NCBI GenBank assembly: GCA_038203565.1
Contig: JBBRDV010000014.1
Coordinates: 1-27,576 of the forward strand
DNA length: 27,576 nt
From: Atribacterota bacterium
GTDB taxonomy: Bacteria > Atribacterota > Phoenicimicrobiia > Phoenicimicrobiales > Phoenicimicrobiaceae
Reading direction: 5' to 3'
The first letter of the stretch is position 1. The number at the start of each line of letters is the position of its first letter. A program made the position numbers and the translations under genes. Below, piece by piece: positions 16,920 to 26,954 of the stretch. Below the pieces are notes generated by a model. It was not told the origin of the DNA, made no database searches, and saw only the letters and a list, made by a program, of their open reading frames with translations.

Positions 16920-18239
16920 ATGGAAAAATTGTTACAACAGGCCTGTAAGGAAGTAGACTCAGCTGAGCTATTTAAAGTAAAGAGCAAGACCATTCCGGTT
17001 AATTTTGAGGTAAACAGATTAAAATCTATCGATATTTCTGAGAGCGAGGGGAAAGCATTGCGTGTGATAAATAAAGGGAGGATAGGATTTTCTTCGTCTA
17101 CAGGAAATGAAGGTTTTGATTTAATAGTTGAAAAAGCAGCAGCTACCTCTGAGTTTGGTTCAACGGCTTCTTTTGATTTTCCTGGGGAAATGAAAAGGGA
17201 GAATAAGGAAAAGAAAGATATAGATATATATGACGAAAAGGTAGCCGATAAAAGCATTGAAGAGATGGTAAAGGCAGGCGAAGGTATTATAGAGAGAGTG
17301 AAGGATTTCAATCGAAAATTGCGTTGTGATGTCACTATCTTAAAAGATTATAGCGAGATAGAATATCTTAATTCCAGGGGAGGGAATTTTTCTTACCATA
17401 AGACTACAATTGCTTATTCGGTGATGGCTCAACAAACCGAAGATCAAGATATGTTGATGATTTATTCTTCTCTTGAGTCGGGAAAAGACAATCTTGATGC
17501 TAAGGAATTGACCTCCGAGATAATAGAAAATTTAGAATGGGGGGAGAAGATTGTCCCCGTAGAAAGCGGGAAGATGCCGGTTATCTTTACCCCCAAGGCA
17601 GCTTTAGTCTTGATTCTCTCCATCATTAGCGGTTTAAATGGAAAGATGGTCTTGAAGAAAATTTCTCCTTTAACTTCCCAGAAAAACAAGAAATTGTGGA
17701 GTGACCTGTTAACTTTTTATAGTGATGGTACTATAGATTTTGCTTTAGGCAGTGCTCCTTTTGATGATGAAGGAGTAGAAATGAAACAGGTTACTTTGGT
17801 AGAAAAAGGAGAGATTAAGAATTTTTATTATGATCTACAGACAGCGGGAATAGCCGGAGTAGAGAGTACCGGAAATGGTTTGAGAGCTAGCATACAAAGC
17901 GAACCTGTTCCCGGTATAAGCAACTTGATAATGAAGGAAGGAGAAGTATCTTTTACAGAGATGATTAAAGATATTTCGGAAGGGATAGTTATTGATCAGG
18001 TCCTTGGACTGGGACAGGGAAATATAATAAGCGGGGCCTTCTCTAATAATGTACAGTTGGGCTATAAGATAGAAAAAGGCAAAATAGTAGGGAGAGTTAA
18101 GGATGTGATGATTGCCGGCAATGCCATAGAAGAATTAAAAAATATAGCTGCTTTGGGAAATAAAGCGAAATGGGTAGAAGGAAAATATAAATTTCCTCAT
18201 ATCTATCTAAAATCTCTTTCTGTTTCTGCTAAAAATTAA
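16920..18239 (+). CDS. pmbA: PmbA/TldE subunit
   Basis: PFDDEG, STGNG, SNL, GAFS; no HExxH; directly follows tldD. Confidence 0.9.
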   Translation: MEKLLQQACKEVDSAELFKVKSKTIPVNFEVNRLKSIDISESEGKALRVINKGRIGFSSSTGNEGFDLIVEKAAATSEFGSTASFDFPGEMKRENKEKKDIDIYDEKVADKSIEEMVKAGEGIIERVKDFNRKLRCDVTILKDYSEIEYLNSRGGNFSYHKTTIAYSVMAQQTEDQDMLMIYSSLESGKDNLDAKELTSEIIENLEWGEKIVPVESGKMPVIFTPKAALVLILSIISGLNGKMVLKKISPLTSQKNKKLWSDLLTFYSDGTIDFALGSAPFDDEGVEMKQVTLVEKGEIKNFYYDLQTAGIAGVESTGNGLRASIQSEPVPGISNLIMKEGEVSFTEMIKDISEGIVIDQVLGLGQGNIISGAFSNNVQLGYKIEKGKIVGRVKDVMIAGNAIEELKNIAALGNKAKWVEGKYKFPHIYLKSLSVSAKN

Positions 18240-18240
18240 A

Positions 18241-18313
18241 TTGTCAGGGGGACGGTTCTCTTGACACTTTTCAATCTTGTCGGAAAGTGTCAAGAGAACC
18301 GTCCCCCTGACAA
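18241..18313. repeat. Perfect 30-bp inverted repeat (AACCGTCCCC-type REP/MITE-like element)
   Basis: TTGTCAGGGGGACGGTTCTCTTGACACTTT (18241-18270), 13-nt loop, exact reverse complement at 18284-18313. Confidence 0.9.
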
Positions 18314-18340
18314 AAAGAAAATTTCCTAAAGGAATTTAAA

Positions 18341-20149
18341 TTGAATAAGAAGGATATGAATAAAATTATAACCAGGCCCGAAGAAATAGTAAAAAATGTG
18401 CGAGTTTTATATGCCGGGAATCATTACCTGAGCGTACCCATTATTGATGGTCAAAATGGTGCTATTAAAAATATAAATGTGGTATCTCTTTCCAATAAAG
18501 CTTTGGTAGAATTAAAAGGAGAGCCAAATTTATTGACACCGCATTTTTACCAAGAGGGAAAAGAAATTGAAATAGAAAAGATAGATGTCTCTAAAGAACA
18601 GTATTATCTACCCCGATTAAACTTTTTTTTAAAAGGCGGGATAAGGGTAACCGGAAGAATATTTACCGATCTTAAGGAAAAGGGGTTAATCTATAGCTTT
18701 GAAAGTTCAGAAGAAATTGATATTTCTTTATTTTTTGATTTAAGAGATGTATCTTTATTACGATTTGATTCTCACCAGATAGATACTAAAAAAGTAATAA
18801 AACGAGATAAATGGTTGGGCAATCCGGTAGCTAATATTTTTTCTTCAGGAGTTTCGCTGGCCTTAGCCTTTGGCGGAGATAAAGATTTTAAAGTTGATGA
18901 TTTTAAAGAAAAGGAAATCTTAAATTTAAAGATATCCTGCCAAAATAAAAATTGTTTCTATATAGCTGTAAATTATGACCCGGATGGTGCATCTACTACT
19001 CTTATTCACTTAAGAAGAAAAGGGTATAGCGAAATTTACCATGAATTTCTGGATTGGCTAAAGAAAAAAACCATACCCTATCCTAAAGACCCTGCATTGG
19101 AAACCAGATTAAATGAAAATCTGTTTTTTAATTATTTTTACTCCATAGCCAAAGATATGGAGAGTGATAAATACCTGGCATTAACTTCAAGAAGTCCCCG
19201 CTATTATGTTTCCGGAGCATTTTGGGAAAGGGATTGTTTTTTATGGTCTCTTCCTGCAATAAAATTAGTTTGCCCTCAATTATATCAACATTTGGCAAGA
19301 GAAATGATCCTGATGCACAGTAAGAATCCGGGAGATCATGCCCATTATATTGATGGTACCGTTTTATACCCCGGTTTTGAGCTGGATGAAGCAGCCAGTT
19401 ATTTTATTCTTTTAGATAACCTGGAAGACCACTTTTTCGATGAGGTGTTAATAAGATCCCTGGAAGAAGTGTTTGAGCGGATAGAAAGAGAGTATGATCC
19501 CCAAACCGGACTCTATAAAACTTTCTTGCTCCCTTCTGACGATCCTGCAGAATACCCTCTGGTTACTATTGATAATGTTATTCTCTGGCGAGGATTACAG
19601 AATTGGAGAGATGTTTTATTAAAGAAAGGGAAGGTAAAAAAGGCACAGCTTATCAATCAAAAAATAGAGAAAATTCATAAAGGGATCCATAAATATTTAG
19701 TTAAGGAAATAGAAGGAAAGAAAATATTTTTGTGGTCTACTGACGGGAAGGGAAATTTCCGATTATATAATGACCCTCCCGGGAGTTTAGGCACTCTCTA
19801 TTTTTATAGGTTTGTAGATAAAGATGACCAGATATTTAAAAACACCATAGATTATTATTATTCTTCATGCTATCCTTATTACTTTAAAAATGCCAGGATA
19901 AATGAACTGGCCTGCGACCACCATCCCAATACCCCTTCCGGGCTGGGGCTATGCGGGAGTATCTTAAATCCGTTATTATCAAGCGTGGCACTGAAATGGC
20001 TAAAAGAAGCAAATATGGACTACGGTCTTCTGGCGGAGAGCTTTGATAAAGATTCAGGAGAAGCAAAGACCGGAGTTGGTTTTGCTTCCGGCTGTGGGTA
20101 TCTGGCTTATTCTCTCTATGATGTCTTGATCAAGGAGGGGAGGGAATGA
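18341..20149 (+). CDS. (alpha/alpha)6 glycoside hydrolase, GH125-like, with N-terminal extension
   Basis: FWERD, FELD, PSDD, NDPPGSL and AESFD occur in the order of GH125 conserved motifs; no signal peptide. Confidence 0.7.
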   Translation: MNKKDMNKIITRPEEIVKNVRVLYAGNHYLSVPIIDGQNGAIKNINVVSLSNKALVELKGEPNLLTPHFYQEGKEIEIEKIDVSKEQYYLPRLNFFLKGGIRVTGRIFTDLKEKGLIYSFESSEEIDISLFFDLRDVSLLRFDSHQIDTKKVIKRDKWLGNPVANIFSSGVSLALAFGGDKDFKVDDFKEKEILNLKISCQNKNCFYIAVNYDPDGASTTLIHLRRKGYSEIYHEFLDWLKKKTIPYPKDPALETRLNENLFFNYFYSIAKDMESDKYLALTSRSPRYYVSGAFWERDCFLWSLPAIKLVCPQLYQHLAREMILMHSKNPGDHAHYIDGTVLYPGFELDEAASYFILLDNLEDHFFDEVLIRSLEEVFERIEREYDPQTGLYKTFLLPSDDPAEYPLVTIDNVILWRGLQNWRDVLLKKGKVKKAQLINQKIEKIHKGIHKYLVKEIEGKKIFLWSTDGKGNFRLYNDPPGSLGTLYFYRFVDKDDQIFKNTIDYYYSSCYPYYFKNARINELACDHHPNTPSGLGLCGSILNPLLSSVALKWLKEANMDYGLLAESFDKDSGEAKTGVGFASGCGYLAYSLYDVLIKEGRE

Positions 20150-21003
20150 AGGCAGGTTCAGTAGAATGGAAGAAAAATGAGTGGAAAAGGATAGATAAGC
20201 CAAAGGCTCTGGTTGGTAAAATAAAAGAATATCTGGAAAAAGCGATAAAAGAACAGGTAGATATCATAGTGTTTCCCGGATTTACGGGATGTTTTTTTCA
20301 ACAACTGAGCTGCCCGGATAATATAAGTTTAAGGAGTTTAATACAGGAAGCAGATTCCCGGGAATACATCGAACAGGTTAAAGAATTATCTCAAAACTAT
20401 AAGATAGCAATTTGTCCCGGGAGTTACTGGCAAAAAGAAAAAAATAATTTTTATCATGAATCCTGTTTGATAGTAAATGGTAAAGTCCAGCTTAAACAAC
20501 GGCAAATTTATTTAGCCCGCTGGGAAAGAGAATTAGAATTTTCCCGGGGAGCAAAGATTGAGTTAAAAGAAATAAAGGATTGGAAGCTGGCACTAATAAT
20601 TTCCACCGATGTTTTTTATCCCCAGGTTTCCAGAATGGCGGCTTTAAGGGGTGCAGATATTGTTTTATCCCCGATAGGTTTTACCGGAGAAAAAAATCAG
20701 GCTTTACAGGTAAGCGGTATGTGGCAAGAAGTCCAGCAGAATCAATTCTTTGCGGTAGAGAGCGGATTTAATGGATTCCTGGGAGGGCAGAGTTTTTGGG
20801 GAGAATCGGTCATCAATGCCCCTTTGGAAATGACCGAAAAGGGAGATGGATATTTAGCGAGAAGCAATGGACAACAAAGTTTAATAATTACTGAGTTGGA
20901 TAATAAGAAGAGAAGAAAAGCAGTTTCCAAATTTGATGTACTGTCCCAATTAAATCGGGAATTTTATCAGCAGATGAAAATGTTTAGAGGAAGATGGGCG
21001 TAG
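20146..21003 (+). CDS. Nitrilase-family carbon-nitrogen hydrolase, catalytic triad lost
   Basis: IVFPG, QRQIYL and IISTD at the usual FPE, K and ICxD positions; GADIVL retained; ATGA overlap with the upstream gene. Confidence 0.82.
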   Translation: MKAGSVEWKKNEWKRIDKPKALVGKIKEYLEKAIKEQVDIIVFPGFTGCFFQQLSCPDNISLRSLIQEADSREYIEQVKELSQNYKIAICPGSYWQKEKNNFYHESCLIVNGKVQLKQRQIYLARWERELEFSRGAKIELKEIKDWKLALIISTDVFYPQVSRMAALRGADIVLSPIGFTGEKNQALQVSGMWQEVQQNQFFAVESGFNGFLGGQSFWGESVINAPLEMTEKGDGYLARSNGQQSLIITELDNKKRRKAVSKFDVLSQLNREFYQQMKMFRGRWA

Positions 21004-22085
21004 TGAAGATGGAATTTTTAATTGAAAAATGGTTTAATAAAAAAATATCTTTAGACAGAATAGAAAAATATTGTAAACAATTAAAGATAAAAAAAAGAAG
21101 GCTTTCAGAAGATATTGATATGGAAAACATTAGAGTTTCCTGTGTCCAAAGGCAGATTTATCCGGTAAACAGTATAGAAAAATATATAGATATACTTTGT
21201 GGTTTTGTAGGCCAAGCAGTAAAAGACAACAGCCGCATGATTATCTTCCCGGAATATAACTTTTTTGATCTATTCGGTTTAATTCCGGGGTTTAGCTGCT
21301 TAAATAAAATTCTAAATAAAAAAGCAAGTGAGAATAAAGGCGAAGAGAAAGATAGAGAGGAAGAGCCACATTTAAAAGGAAATAATTATTTTCTGACTAC
21401 TATTTTTAAAGGATTTGCGCAACCTGTAGAGACGGGGATTAAAAGAATTATTTCTCTGTTAGCAAAGGAATATGGAATATATATTTATACCGGAAGTTAT
21501 ATTTTAAAGGAGAAAGAAGTAATTTTTAATGCCGGTTCACTCTTTGACCCGGAGGGAAATCTGATAGGAACTCAAAAGAAAATGCACCTTACTGATTTTG
21601 AGGTTAAATTAGGAATGAGAAGAGGTAATAAAATGGAGGCATATTCTTTGCCTTTTGGTAAAGTAGTATGCCCTATTTGTATGGATGCCACTTACTTTGA
21701 GACTTTCCGTATCGCCAGAGAGATGGGAGCAGATATGGTTATTTTACCTATCGCTAACTTAGAAGAATATTCTACCTGGAAGGCCTTAAGAGGAATTTGG
21801 CCCAGGGTGCAAGAATCATATCTGTACGGTTTGAAATCCTCCTTAAACGGATGGATTGCCGGGATGCATTTTACCGGAAAGGCCGGCATATTTGCTCCCC
21901 TATCAATGACTGAAAAAAAAGATGGGGTTTTATCTTTATCCCCTTCTTATGAGGGGAATCACCTGATAACAGCTCATATAAACCTGAAAAAATTATATGA
22001 AGCAAGAGAAAAAGCAGAATATCATGAGGATAAAAATACTGAATTTGAAAAAAATTTTATTGAAAAAACCTATAATATAAATTGA
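20994..22085 (+). CDS. Nitrilase-family carbon-nitrogen hydrolase, intact E-K-C triad
   Basis: IIFPEY, QKKMHL, PICMD, GADMVILP. Confidence 0.88.
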   Translation: MGVVKMEFLIEKWFNKKISLDRIEKYCKQLKIKKRRLSEDIDMENIRVSCVQRQIYPVNSIEKYIDILCGFVGQAVKDNSRMIIFPEYNFFDLFGLIPGFSCLNKILNKKASENKGEEKDREEEPHLKGNNYFLTTIFKGFAQPVETGIKRIISLLAKEYGIYIYTGSYILKEKEVIFNAGSLFDPEGNLIGTQKKMHLTDFEVKLGMRRGNKMEAYSLPFGKVVCPICMDATYFETFRIAREMGADMVILPIANLEEYSTWKALRGIWPRVQESYLYGLKSSLNGWIAGMHFTGKAGIFAPLSMTEKKDGVLSLSPSYEGNHLITAHINLKKLYEAREKAEYHEDKNTEFEKNFIEKTYNIN

Positions 22086-22121
22086 CAATTAGTAATAGAA
22101 TTTCTAAGAAAGGAGAAAGAA

Positions 22122-23480
22122 ATGGAAGAATTTAAAGGTAAGAGACTTTTTCTCTATAACCTGTCCACAGCAGGATGGGTATTGTTAGATTCAATCTGGT
22201 TGACTTTCGCTATCGCCTTTCTGCTTCCCCCCAAAGAGAGAGTAGCAGAAGGTATGATTTCCTTTGTTTCGAATGAGAGGTTTTTGGGAATTATTACTGT
22301 GTTGGGAGCAGTGATGCTTTTTGGAAGACTTGTAGATGCTGTTGCTGATCCATTGGTGGCCTCCTGGACTGACCGTTCCACCTCAAGATTTGGGAGAAGG
22401 AGATTTTTCCTTATTATAGGCGGACTTCCCCTGGCATTATCTACAGTTCTGATATTTTTTCCACCCGTACCTCATACTTCCTTCGCTAATGGTATTTATC
22501 TGGCTATTGTTTTTGGTTTCTACTTTTTGTTCTTTACTGTGTATGTTGTTCCCTATCTTGCCTTAATTCCTGAACTCGGTCATAATGAAAAAGCTCGGAT
22601 TAGTATTGCCACAGCTCAAGGATACTTCTCTCTCATTGGTTCAGCGATGGTGATGATTGGTGGACCTCTTCTTTTGAATTTATTTATGCAGAACACTGAT
22701 TATGTCGGCTCTTACCGGAAGATGGTCATTTGTCTGGCTATTTTCGGAGCACTATTATTATATACGGCTGTATTTGCGGTAGATGAGAAAAGATTTTCCA
22801 ATGCCAGTCCCAGCCAGGTTCCCCTGATGGATTCCTTCAAAAAAACAGTGAGGAATAAGGCTTTTATTATCTATCTTTTTGCCAATATATCCCTATGGTT
22901 TCTTTTTAATATTGTCCGTTCATCTGCCATACCTATTGTAATTACTCTGATGGGTGCTGATGAGACCTTTGCCAGTAATATATTTACTATCCTCTTTGTT
23001 ATAGCGGCTATCTGTTTCCCACTGGTGGGATTTTTGGCGAGGATTCGAGGAAAGAAAGTTATTATGATGATAAGTCTTGGTTTATTTTCAATATTTTCTG
23101 TTTTTCTATCCCTCACCGGTCTGACCCCGGTCAATCCCAAGATATGGGGACTAATTTTTGTAGGACTTATGGGCTTTCCCGCTGCAGTTCTAATGATTAT
23201 TCCCAACGTAATACTTTCTGAACTTTGCGATGTTGATTATAAAAAAACCGGAGAGAGAAGAGAAGCGATGTATTTTGGGGTCCAGGGTTTCTTTATGAAA
23301 CTCAATTTAGGACTTTCGACCGCAAGTCTTGCTCTTTTATATTCTATCTTTGGGAAAGATATCAGTAATCCCCTGGGAGTAAGATTAGCTCCCCTATTAG
23401 GAAGCGTAGTTGCCCTTTTAGGCCTTATAATTATGACCCGATATCCCGAAAAACAGATTAAAGAACTTCTATCAAAGTAG
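22122..23480 (+). CDS. MFS transporter, GPH (glycoside-pentoside-hexuronide) type
   Basis: About 12 TM segments; DAVADPL...DRS.SRFGRRR, PYLALIPEL, D.D...TGERREAMYFG. Confidence 0.9.
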   Translation: MEEFKGKRLFLYNLSTAGWVLLDSIWLTFAIAFLLPPKERVAEGMISFVSNERFLGIITVLGAVMLFGRLVDAVADPLVASWTDRSTSRFGRRRFFLIIGGLPLALSTVLIFFPPVPHTSFANGIYLAIVFGFYFLFFTVYVVPYLALIPELGHNEKARISIATAQGYFSLIGSAMVMIGGPLLLNLFMQNTDYVGSYRKMVICLAIFGALLLYTAVFAVDEKRFSNASPSQVPLMDSFKKTVRNKAFIIYLFANISLWFLFNIVRSSAIPIVITLMGADETFASNIFTILFVIAAICFPLVGFLARIRGKKVIMMISLGLFSIFSVFLSLTGLTPVNPKIWGLIFVGLMGFPAAVLMIIPNVILSELCDVDYKKTGERREAMYFGVQGFFMKLNLGLSTASLALLYSIFGKDISNPLGVRLAPLLGSVVALLGLIIMTRYPEKQIKELLSK

Positions 23481-23912
23481 TTTTATAAAATATTAAAATC
23501 ATGACCGGTAAACCTTGCTATCAGCTATTTATTCTTATGTCTTTCTCAAAGTGATTTTATAGTTATATACATCTCTACCACTATCATTTTTCTACCTCTC
23601 TTAAATATTAAAATATACCTTAAAGGAGGTATTATTTTATAGATATAACTATGAAATTTTCTCTAGCGTTACCTATGGAATTTATTTTTGTTTTGAGGAG
23701 AATTCCCAGTTATATGAAATGTTGAGTTCAGCTTCTTTTCCTTTTCTAACTCAATTTCCAAAGTAATTATTTCTATCCGGATTCGGTCAAAAGAGATTTT
23801 ACCAATACAAATCATTTAGTTTAAAGGATAAAAAATATGCTATAATTTATTAGTCTTACTATTCCTACCAAATGGTGAAATATCGCTTTTACTGAAAAGA
23901 GGATTTTATTTA

Positions 23913-24050
23913 ATGTCTGAAAGAAATACCAAGAACCATAAATTAATCATCCTATTCATCATAATTTTTGCTTTGCTATTTGTGCTTCCAGTAACAGCAC
24001 TTCAAGAATTCAACGAAGTAAAAATATTTAAAGATATAACCTATACATAG
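23913..24050 (+). pseudogene. 45-aa ORF, probable 5' remnant of an exported protein
   Basis: TGCTATAAT (23838-23846) and AGAGGA RBS precede MSERNTKNHKLIILFIIIFALLFVLPVTALQEFNEVKIFKDITYT*; signal-peptide-like; stops just before a repeat half-copy. Confidence 0.5.
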
Positions 24051-24054
24051 TTTA

Positions 24055-24078
24055 TCAAAACAACCGTCCCCTTGACAA
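24055..24078. repeat. Degenerate single-arm copy of the 18241-18313 element
   Basis: TCAAAACAACCGTCCCCTTGACAA versus TCAAGAGAACCGTCCCCCTGACAA (21/24 identical). Confidence 0.75.
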
Positions 24079-24173
24079 CATAGGGAGGCTTCTCGGATTG
24101 GATTATAGCACAGCTAATAATAGGAAGAAAAAAACTAAGAGGGAAAATATTTAATAATGAGAGGAAAAAATAA

Positions 24174-26870
24174 ATGAAAAAATGTTATCAGCAATCTATT
24201 GAGGAAATTGTCAAGTACAGTAAAACTGATCTGAAAATAGGATTATCCTCCGCGGAAGTGAAAAAGCGATTGGATGAGGTGGGACTCAATCAACTGAAGG
24301 AAAAGAAAGGCCGCACTCCCTGGGATATGTTTTTGGGGCAGTTTAAAAATGTTCTGGTTCTTATTTTACTGATTGCTGCTCTGGTATCATTTATTTTAGG
24401 GGAAGTAAGTGATGCCATAGTTATTGCTATCATTTTAATTTTAAATGCCTCTCTCGGGGTAACCCAGGAGTATAAGGCGGAAAAGTCGCTCGCTGCCCTA
24501 AAAAAACTGACTGCACCCAGTGCACTGGTATTAAGAGATGGAAAGCAGACCAAGATCGATGCCGCTCAGTTAGTACCAGGTGATATAGTACTTATAGAAT
24601 CCGGTGACCATATACCTGCTGATCTTCGTCTTTCTACAGTTAATAATATTAAAATACAAGAGTCTATCTTAACCGGTGAATCAGTACCGGTGGAAAAGAC
24701 AGATGAAATAATAGATAAGGATGATATTTCTACCGGAGATCAGGATAATATGGCTTTTATGGGTACTGCAGTTACCTCCGGAAGAGGTAGAGGAATTGTA
24801 GTAGCTACCGGGATGAAAACAGAGATGGGTCAAATTGCAGGCATGTTAGAGGAACAGATACAAGAAGATACTCCCTTACAAAAGAAATTAAACCAGGTGG
24901 GCAAGAAACTGGGTTTAACTATTTTAATAGTGGTAGGATTGGTAATAATAGTAGGTACTTTACGTGGTATTAAATTTTTTGAAATGTTTTTTATTGGAAT
25001 TTCTCTGGCTGTAGCCGCGGTTCCTGAAGGTTTACCTGCAGTGGTAACGGTTGTTTTAGCTCTCGGAGTACAGAGAATGATAAAAAAACACGTTATTGTC
25101 CGGCGTTTACCGGCAGTAGAAACTTTAGGTGCTACCACAGTTATTTGCTCGGATAAAACCGGGACTTTAACTCAGAACCAGATGACCGTAAGAAAATTAG
25201 TTCTTCCGGATAAAAATATTGAAGTAGAAGGAGAAGGATATCTTCCCCTTGGGAAGTTTTATCAATCCAAGCAGGAGATTCAAGTCCAGACGGATTCTGA
25301 TTTAGATCTATTATTAAAGGGAGCAGTCCTATGTAATAATGCCGAATTACAGAAAAATAATGAAAGTAATCAATGGGAAATTATTGGTGATCCTACCGAA
25401 GGTGCTTTGATCGTAATGGCGACCAAGGCTGGTTATGATAAGAAAAAAGTAGAAGAGGATTATCCCCGGATAAAAGAATTTCCTTTTGATTCAGACCGTA
25501 AACAGATGTCCACCATTCATCAGACTCCCGATGGAAGCCAGATTATTTTTGTCAAAGGAGCCCCTGATCAGGTGATAAGTTTTTGCACTTATTATCAGAA
25601 AAATGGTAAGAAAGAAGAGATGGCAGAATCCATAAAGAACGAGGTTTTTTCTCAGAATAGAGAATTGGCAGAGGAAGCCTTGCGAGTTTTAGCTGTAGCT
25701 TATAGATGGGTGGATAAAGAAGATCAGGATGAAATTAAGGAAATAAAAAATGCGGAAAAAGAACTTACCTTTCTGGGGTTGATGGCTATGATTGATCCCC
25801 CTCGTAAAGAAGCTATGGAATCAGTAAAAATTTGTATAAAAGCTGGTATTCTTCCGATTATGATTACCGGAGATTATTCTATTACTGCCAAAGCTATCGC
25901 TTCCGAACTGGGTATATATCATTCCGGAGATAGAATTATTACCGGAGAAGAATTAGAAAAAATGTCGCAATCTGAATTAGAAGAGGCAGTGGGGAATACT
26001 ACTATCTTTGCCCGGGTATCCCCCCGTCATAAGCGTCGTATTGTTAGTGCTTTACAGAAGAATAACCATGTAGTAGCAATGACCGGGGATGGGGTAAACG
26101 ATGCCCCCGCTTTAAAGGAATCGGATATCGGAGTCGCGATGGGTATTTCCGGTACAGATGTAACTAAGGAAGCTGGTGACATGATCCTTACCGATGATAA
26201 TTTTGCTTCTATTGTAGCAGCGGTAGAAGAGGGAAGAAAGATTTATCAAAATATTAAAAAATTTATCCAGTATTTAATCTCCTGTAATTTAGGAGAAATA
26301 GTTGCTATTGCTGGTGCTATTTTTATTGGATTACCTTGTCCTTTGATACCTATTCAAATACTCTGGGTGAATTTAGCCACCGATGGTTTACCTGCACTAG
26401 CCTTAGGGTTGGATCCGGCGGAAAAAGATATTATGCAAATGCCGCCTCGTGATCCTAATGAAGGAATATTTTCCGGAAAGATGGGTTTTAATATCTTTTC
26501 ACAGGGTATTTTTATCGGATTACTTACTTTAAGTGCTTTTTATATTGGAATTTCCTTTTATTCTCTGGAGGTTGCCAGGACGATGGCCTTTGCGACCCTT
26601 AGCTTTTCTCAGTTAGCTCAGGCATTAAACTCTCGCTCGCAAAAATTTTCTATTTTTAAAATAGGTTTATTTTCTAATTTATATTTAATTATGGCTATTT
26701 CTATTTCCGGTCTCTTACAATTTCTGGTAATGGTAATTCCTTCCTTGCAAGTTATTTTTAAAACAGTTCCGTTAACTTTAAATCAGTGGTGGATTATTAT
26801 TATTCTATCTTTATCTCCCATCGTATATGTTGAACTTCTTAAGTTAATGAAGCTCACCTATAAAAAATAA
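24174..26870 (+). CDS. P-type IIA (SERCA/PMR1-like) cation, probably Ca2+, transporting ATPase
   Basis: LTGES, AVPEGL, CSDKTGT, KGAP, DPPR, TGDGVND, SCNLGE and WVNLATDGLPA motifs. Confidence 0.93.
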   Translation: MKKCYQQSIEEIVKYSKTDLKIGLSSAEVKKRLDEVGLNQLKEKKGRTPWDMFLGQFKNVLVLILLIAALVSFILGEVSDAIVIAIILILNASLGVTQEYKAEKSLAALKKLTAPSALVLRDGKQTKIDAAQLVPGDIVLIESGDHIPADLRLSTVNNIKIQESILTGESVPVEKTDEIIDKDDISTGDQDNMAFMGTAVTSGRGRGIVVATGMKTEMGQIAGMLEEQIQEDTPLQKKLNQVGKKLGLTILIVVGLVIIVGTLRGIKFFEMFFIGISLAVAAVPEGLPAVVTVVLALGVQRMIKKHVIVRRLPAVETLGATTVICSDKTGTLTQNQMTVRKLVLPDKNIEVEGEGYLPLGKFYQSKQEIQVQTDSDLDLLLKGAVLCNNAELQKNNESNQWEIIGDPTEGALIVMATKAGYDKKKVEEDYPRIKEFPFDSDRKQMSTIHQTPDGSQIIFVKGAPDQVISFCTYYQKNGKKEEMAESIKNEVFSQNRELAEEALRVLAVAYRWVDKEDQDEIKEIKNAEKELTFLGLMAMIDPPRKEAMESVKICIKAGILPIMITGDYSITAKAIASELGIYHSGDRIITGEELEKMSQSELEEAVGNTTIFARVSPRHKRRIVSALQKNNHVVAMTGDGVNDAPALKESDIGVAMGISGTDVTKEAGDMILTDDNFASIVAAVEEGRKIYQNIKKFIQYLISCNLGEIVAIAGAIFIGLPCPLIPIQILWVNLATDGLPALALGLDPAEKDIMQMPPRDPNEGIFSGKMGFNIFSQGIFIGLLTLSAFYIGISFYSLEVARTMAFATLSFSQLAQALNSRSQKFSIFKIGLFSNLYLIMAISISGLLQFLVMVIPSLQVIFKTVPLTLNQWWIIIILSLSPIVYVELLKLMKLTYKK

Positions 26871-26954
26871 TATATATGTGACAGGGGAGTTAGTGTAAGC
26901 TTTAATGGGGTAGTGAGAGAAAGATTAGAGGAATGACCAAGCCGGAGGTGTAAA

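Noticed and set aside
23669..23815. 48-codon minus-strand ORF (MICIGKISFDRIRIE...)
   Set aside because: No RBS and no recognisable motif; likely chance in AT-rich DNA.
353..25138. Remaining short ORFs of the track that are antisense to or nested in long genes (e.g. 353-538, 2479-2745, 5956-6237, 16856-17335, 22871-23206, 24830-25138)
   Set aside because: They overlap well-supported genes and show no independent coding signal.
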